64,000 nucleotides of DNA from an uncultured Ruminococcus sp. Its GTDB lineage: Bacteria > Bacillota > Clostridia > Oscillospirales > Acutalibacteraceae. A program made the position numbers and the translations under genes. Where the stretch lies: NCBI GenBank assembly GCA_905234015.1, contig CAJOFK010000001.1, positions 2,887 through 66,886 of the forward strand, read 5' to 3'. This document shows, piece by piece, positions 61,452 to 64,000 of this stretch (position 1 is the stretch's first letter; every line of letters begins with the position of its first letter). The notes beneath the pieces were generated by a model. That model was not told where the DNA came from, did not search any database, and was given only the letters and a program-made list of their open reading frames with translations.

Positions 61452-61477
61452 AAAAAAGACCGCGGAATCCCGCGGTC
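61452..61477 (-). terminator. Intrinsic terminator after yebC
   Basis: Minus strand gaccgcgg-gatt-ccgcggtc-tttttt. Confidence 0.85.
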
Positions 61478-61483
61478 ATACTT

Positions 61484-62218
61484 TTAATCCATTTCCCAGT
61501 TATGCCATACGTTCTGGATATCGTCGTTATCCTCGAACATATCGAGCATTTTCTGCATATTAGTTTTAGAGTCCTCATCATCGAGCTTGGTGTAGTTGTT
61601 GGGAACCATCTCAACCTCAGCGGACGCAAAGTTATAACCGAGAGCCGTTAAATCGTCGCGTACCGCGCCGAAGTCGGAGGGCTCGGTGTAGATTGTGAAG
61701 ATATCCTCATCAGCCTCAAAATCGGAAGCACCCGACTCGAGAGCGTCCTCCATAACCTTATCCTCGTCAGCCTCGAGTTCCTCGCGCTCAATAACGAGAA
61801 CGCCCTTCTTCTCGAACATAAAGGTTACGCAGCCCTGAGTTCCCATATTGCCGCCGAACTTATCGAAGTAATGTCTTACTTCGCCCGCGGTACGGTTGCG
61901 GTTATCAGTAAGCGCCTCTACGATTACGGCGATACCGTTGGGACCGTAGCCTTCGTATGTTACCGCTTCATAGTTGGCTGAATCGGCGTCGCCGGCAGCC
62001 TTCTTGATGATACGGTCGATGTTGTCGTTAGGTACGTTATTCGCCTTAGCCTTAGCGATTACGTCTCTGAGCTTTGCGTTTACGGAGGGGTCGGCGCTTC
62101 CGCCTTCCTTAACCGCTACGATAAGCTCGCGTCCGATTTTAGTAAAAATCTTAGCCCTTGCGGCATCGTTCTTACCCTTTTTCTGCTTAATGGTACTCCA
62201 TTTATTATGTCCTGACAT
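61484..62218 (-). CDS. yebC: YebC/PmpR-family protein
   Basis: MSGHNKWSTIK, YEGYGP.G, TDNRNRT, DDIQNVWHN. Confidence 0.95.
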   Translation of the reverse strand: MSGHNKWSTIKQKKGKNDAARAKIFTKIGRELIVAVKEGGSADPSVNAKLRDVIAKAKANNVPNDNIDRIIKKAAGDADSANYEAVTYEGYGPNGIAVIVEALTDNRNRTAGEVRHYFDKFGGNMGTQGCVTFMFEKKGVLVIEREELEADEDKVMEDALESGASDFEADEDIFTIYTEPSDFGAVRDDLTALGYNFASAEVEMVPNNYTKLDDEDSKTNMQKMLDMFEDNDDIQNVWHNWEMD

Positions 62219-62382
62219 AAAACCATTCCTTTTTATAATTTAATAATATACAAGCACATTATAACCCATTGCAGGGTTAAAATCAAGTATCAAAATAAAA
62301 GGTTACAAAATAGTTACAAAACTATTGTCTTTATACTTACTTAGTGCTAGAATAGGGATGTTAAGAAAGGAAGGTGAGTTCT

Positions 62383-63261
62383 ATGATTAATTCAATGACC
62401 GGCTTCGGCAGGTTCGAGGGAGAGATTAACGGACGTAAAATCAATCTTGAGATTAAAAGCGTTAACCACCGCTATCTCGAATTTTCCTGCCGTATAACGA
62501 GGGGCTACAGCTTTCTCGAGGAAAAGATTAAGTCCTATATAACCTCGAGGATTTCCCGCGGTAAGGTGGATATGTTCGTATCTATAACCGAGCCCGAGGA
62601 TACTCCCGCCGACGTTCAGATTAACCACAACCTTGCCGAGGGCTATATTAAAGCTATGAAGGAGCTTGAGGAAAAATACGGTATTAAAAACGAGGTGACT
62701 TCGGTTGATGTCGGAAGATACCCCGATGTGCTTACCGTTAATAAGGCGGCTGAGGACGAGGACGTTGTATGGAACGACGTTAAAGAGGCTATCGACAGCG
62801 CTCTCGAGGGCTTTACCGCTATGCGTAGAAACGAGGGCGAGCGCCTTAAGGCGGATGTTTTAAAGCGAGCTTCCGTTATTATGGATATCGTATCCGAAAT
62901 CGAAAAGCGTTCTCCCGAAACCGTTAAGGAATATCAGTCAAGGCTCAAGGATAAAATCGAGGAACTCTTGCAGTCTAAGGATTACGACGAGCAGAGAGTT
63001 ATCACCGAGGTGGCAATCTACGCCGATAAAATCGCCGTGGATGAGGAAACCGTAAGGCTTAGGAGCCACTTTGACCAGCTGAATATCTATCTTAACGAGG
63101 ATAAGCCTGTCGGAAGAAGTATAGACTTCCTTATTCAGGAGATGAACCGCGAGGCGAATACAATCGGCTCAAAGGTAAAGGACGCCGGGCTCGCTCAAAT
63201 GGTTGTTAAGATTAAAAACGAGATAGAAAAAATAAGAGAACAGGTTCAGAACATTGAGTAG
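62383..63261 (+). CDS. yicC: YicC/YloC-family endoribonuclease
   Basis: [36 protein letters not shown]. Confidence 0.93.
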   Translation: MINSMTGFGRFEGEINGRKINLEIKSVNHRYLEFSCRITRGYSFLEEKIKSYITSRISRGKVDMFVSITEPEDTPADVQINHNLAEGYIKAMKELEEKYGIKNEVTSVDVGRYPDVLTVNKAAEDEDVVWNDVKEAIDSALEGFTAMRRNEGERLKADVLKRASVIMDIVSEIEKRSPETVKEYQSRLKDKIEELLQSKDYDEQRVITEVAIYADKIAVDEETVRLRSHFDQLNIYLNEDKPVGRSIDFLIQEMNREANTIGSKVKDAGLAQMVVKIKNEIEKIREQVQNIE

Positions 63262-63269
63262 GTAAAATT

Positions 63270-63503
63270 ATGAAGCTGATTAATGTAGGATACGGAAATA
63301 TGGTTTCCGCCGCGAAAATTGTCGCCGTGGTATCTCCCGATTCGGCTCCGGTAAAAAGAATCGTTCAGGAGGCTAAGGCTAAGGGAATAGCGGTGGACGC
63401 GACCTGCGGAAGAAAATGCAAGGCGGTTATAGTCTGCGACAGCGACCACGTCGTTCTGTCGGCTTTATCGCCTGAGGCTATAGGCAACAGAAGCGAGGAT
63501 TAG
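63270..63503 (+). CDS. remA: RemA/DUF370-family regulator
   Basis: [24 protein letters not shown]; conserved yicC-remA-gmk order. Confidence 0.9.
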   Translation: MKLINVGYGNMVSAAKIVAVVSPDSAPVKRIVQEAKAKGIAVDATCGRKCKAVIVCDSDHVVLSALSPEAIGNRSED

Positions 63504-63504
63504 T

Positions 63505-64000
63505 ATGAAAAAAGGTAAGCTGGTTGTATATACCGGATGTTCGGGAGTCGGCAAGGGTACTATTATGAAGGAGCTTCTTAAAAGAAACGCCAACATAAGG
63601 CTCTCTGTTTCCTGCACGACCAGAAAGCCCCGTCCCGAGGATATCGAGGGAGTAACCTATTACTTCGTCAGCAAAGAGGAGTTCCGCGCAACGGCGGAGC
63701 AGGACGGCTTTCTTGAATACGCGCAGTTCTGCGATAACTATTACGGAACCCCGAAGGCTGCCGTTGATAAAATGCTCAGGAAGGGCTACGACGTTTTCCT
63801 CGAAATAGAGGTTGACGGCGGTATGCAGGTTATGTATAAGCGCCCCGACTGTATAAGTATTTTTATAACGCCTCCGTCTATGGAGGAGCTCGAAAAACGT
63901 CTCAGGGGAAGAGGCACCGAGGACGAGGAAACTATAATCAAGCGTTTGGAACGAGCTGTTGACGAAATGAAGTTCGAGCGTTATTACAAGTATTCCGTCT
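63505..64000 (+). CDS. gmk: Guanylate kinase, N-terminal part (runs off window end)
   Basis: Manual translation MKKGKLVVYTGCSGVGKGT...SCTTRKPRP...YYGTP. Confidence 0.93.
   Translation, partial: MKKGKLVVYTGCSGVGKGTIMKELLKRNANIRLSVSCTTRKPRPEDIEGVTYYFVSKEEFRATAEQDGFLEYAQFCDNYYGTPKAAVDKMLRKGYDVFLEIEVDGGMQVMYKRPDCISIFITPPSMEELEKRLRGRGTEDEETIIKRLERAVDEMKFERYYKYSV

Noticed and set aside
61438-61629. N-terminal extension of the dockerin ORF given in the ORF track
   Set aside because: Overlaps yebC and its terminator; the signal peptide begins at 61437

Overview
Chromosomal window from a spore-forming Firmicute. Gene content and order suggest Clostridia, probably Oscillospiraceae/Ruminococcus-like (inference only). 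Most of it is housekeeping: ligA, spoIIIAA-AH, nusB, a tsaD-like gene, xseA, dnaE, iorAB-paaK-ACT, groESL, gpsA, 6S RNA, ispE, spoIIR, addBA, pyrB, tRNA-Leu(CAA), pcrA, pgm, yebC, yicC-remA-gmk. The standout is a 9.5-kb, 7-gene operon right behind tRNA-Leu (41399-50931). It encodes two Zn-ribbon/Ser-Thr kinase/TM/LRR receptor-like kinases (one short, one long ectodomain), a soluble FHA protein, two PP2C phosphatases, and two single-pass proteins coupling an outside trypsin-like protease or vWA domain to an inside FHA domain: a candidate self-contained transmembrane phospho-signalling system. A second highlight is a covarying, apparently two-state leader motif found before two unrelated genes (tsaD-like and pgm). 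Also noted: two families of dispersed structured intergenic repeats, a LicD/pseudo-LicD pair, a PyrB-PyrI zinc-domain fusion, CtsR plus CIRCE boxes at groESL, a shortened SpoIIIAG, a candidate sRNA and a dockerin-bearing secreted protein. No CRISPR array, integrase, transposase or reverse transcriptase was seen. All calls come from reading motifs by eye; no database search was run.
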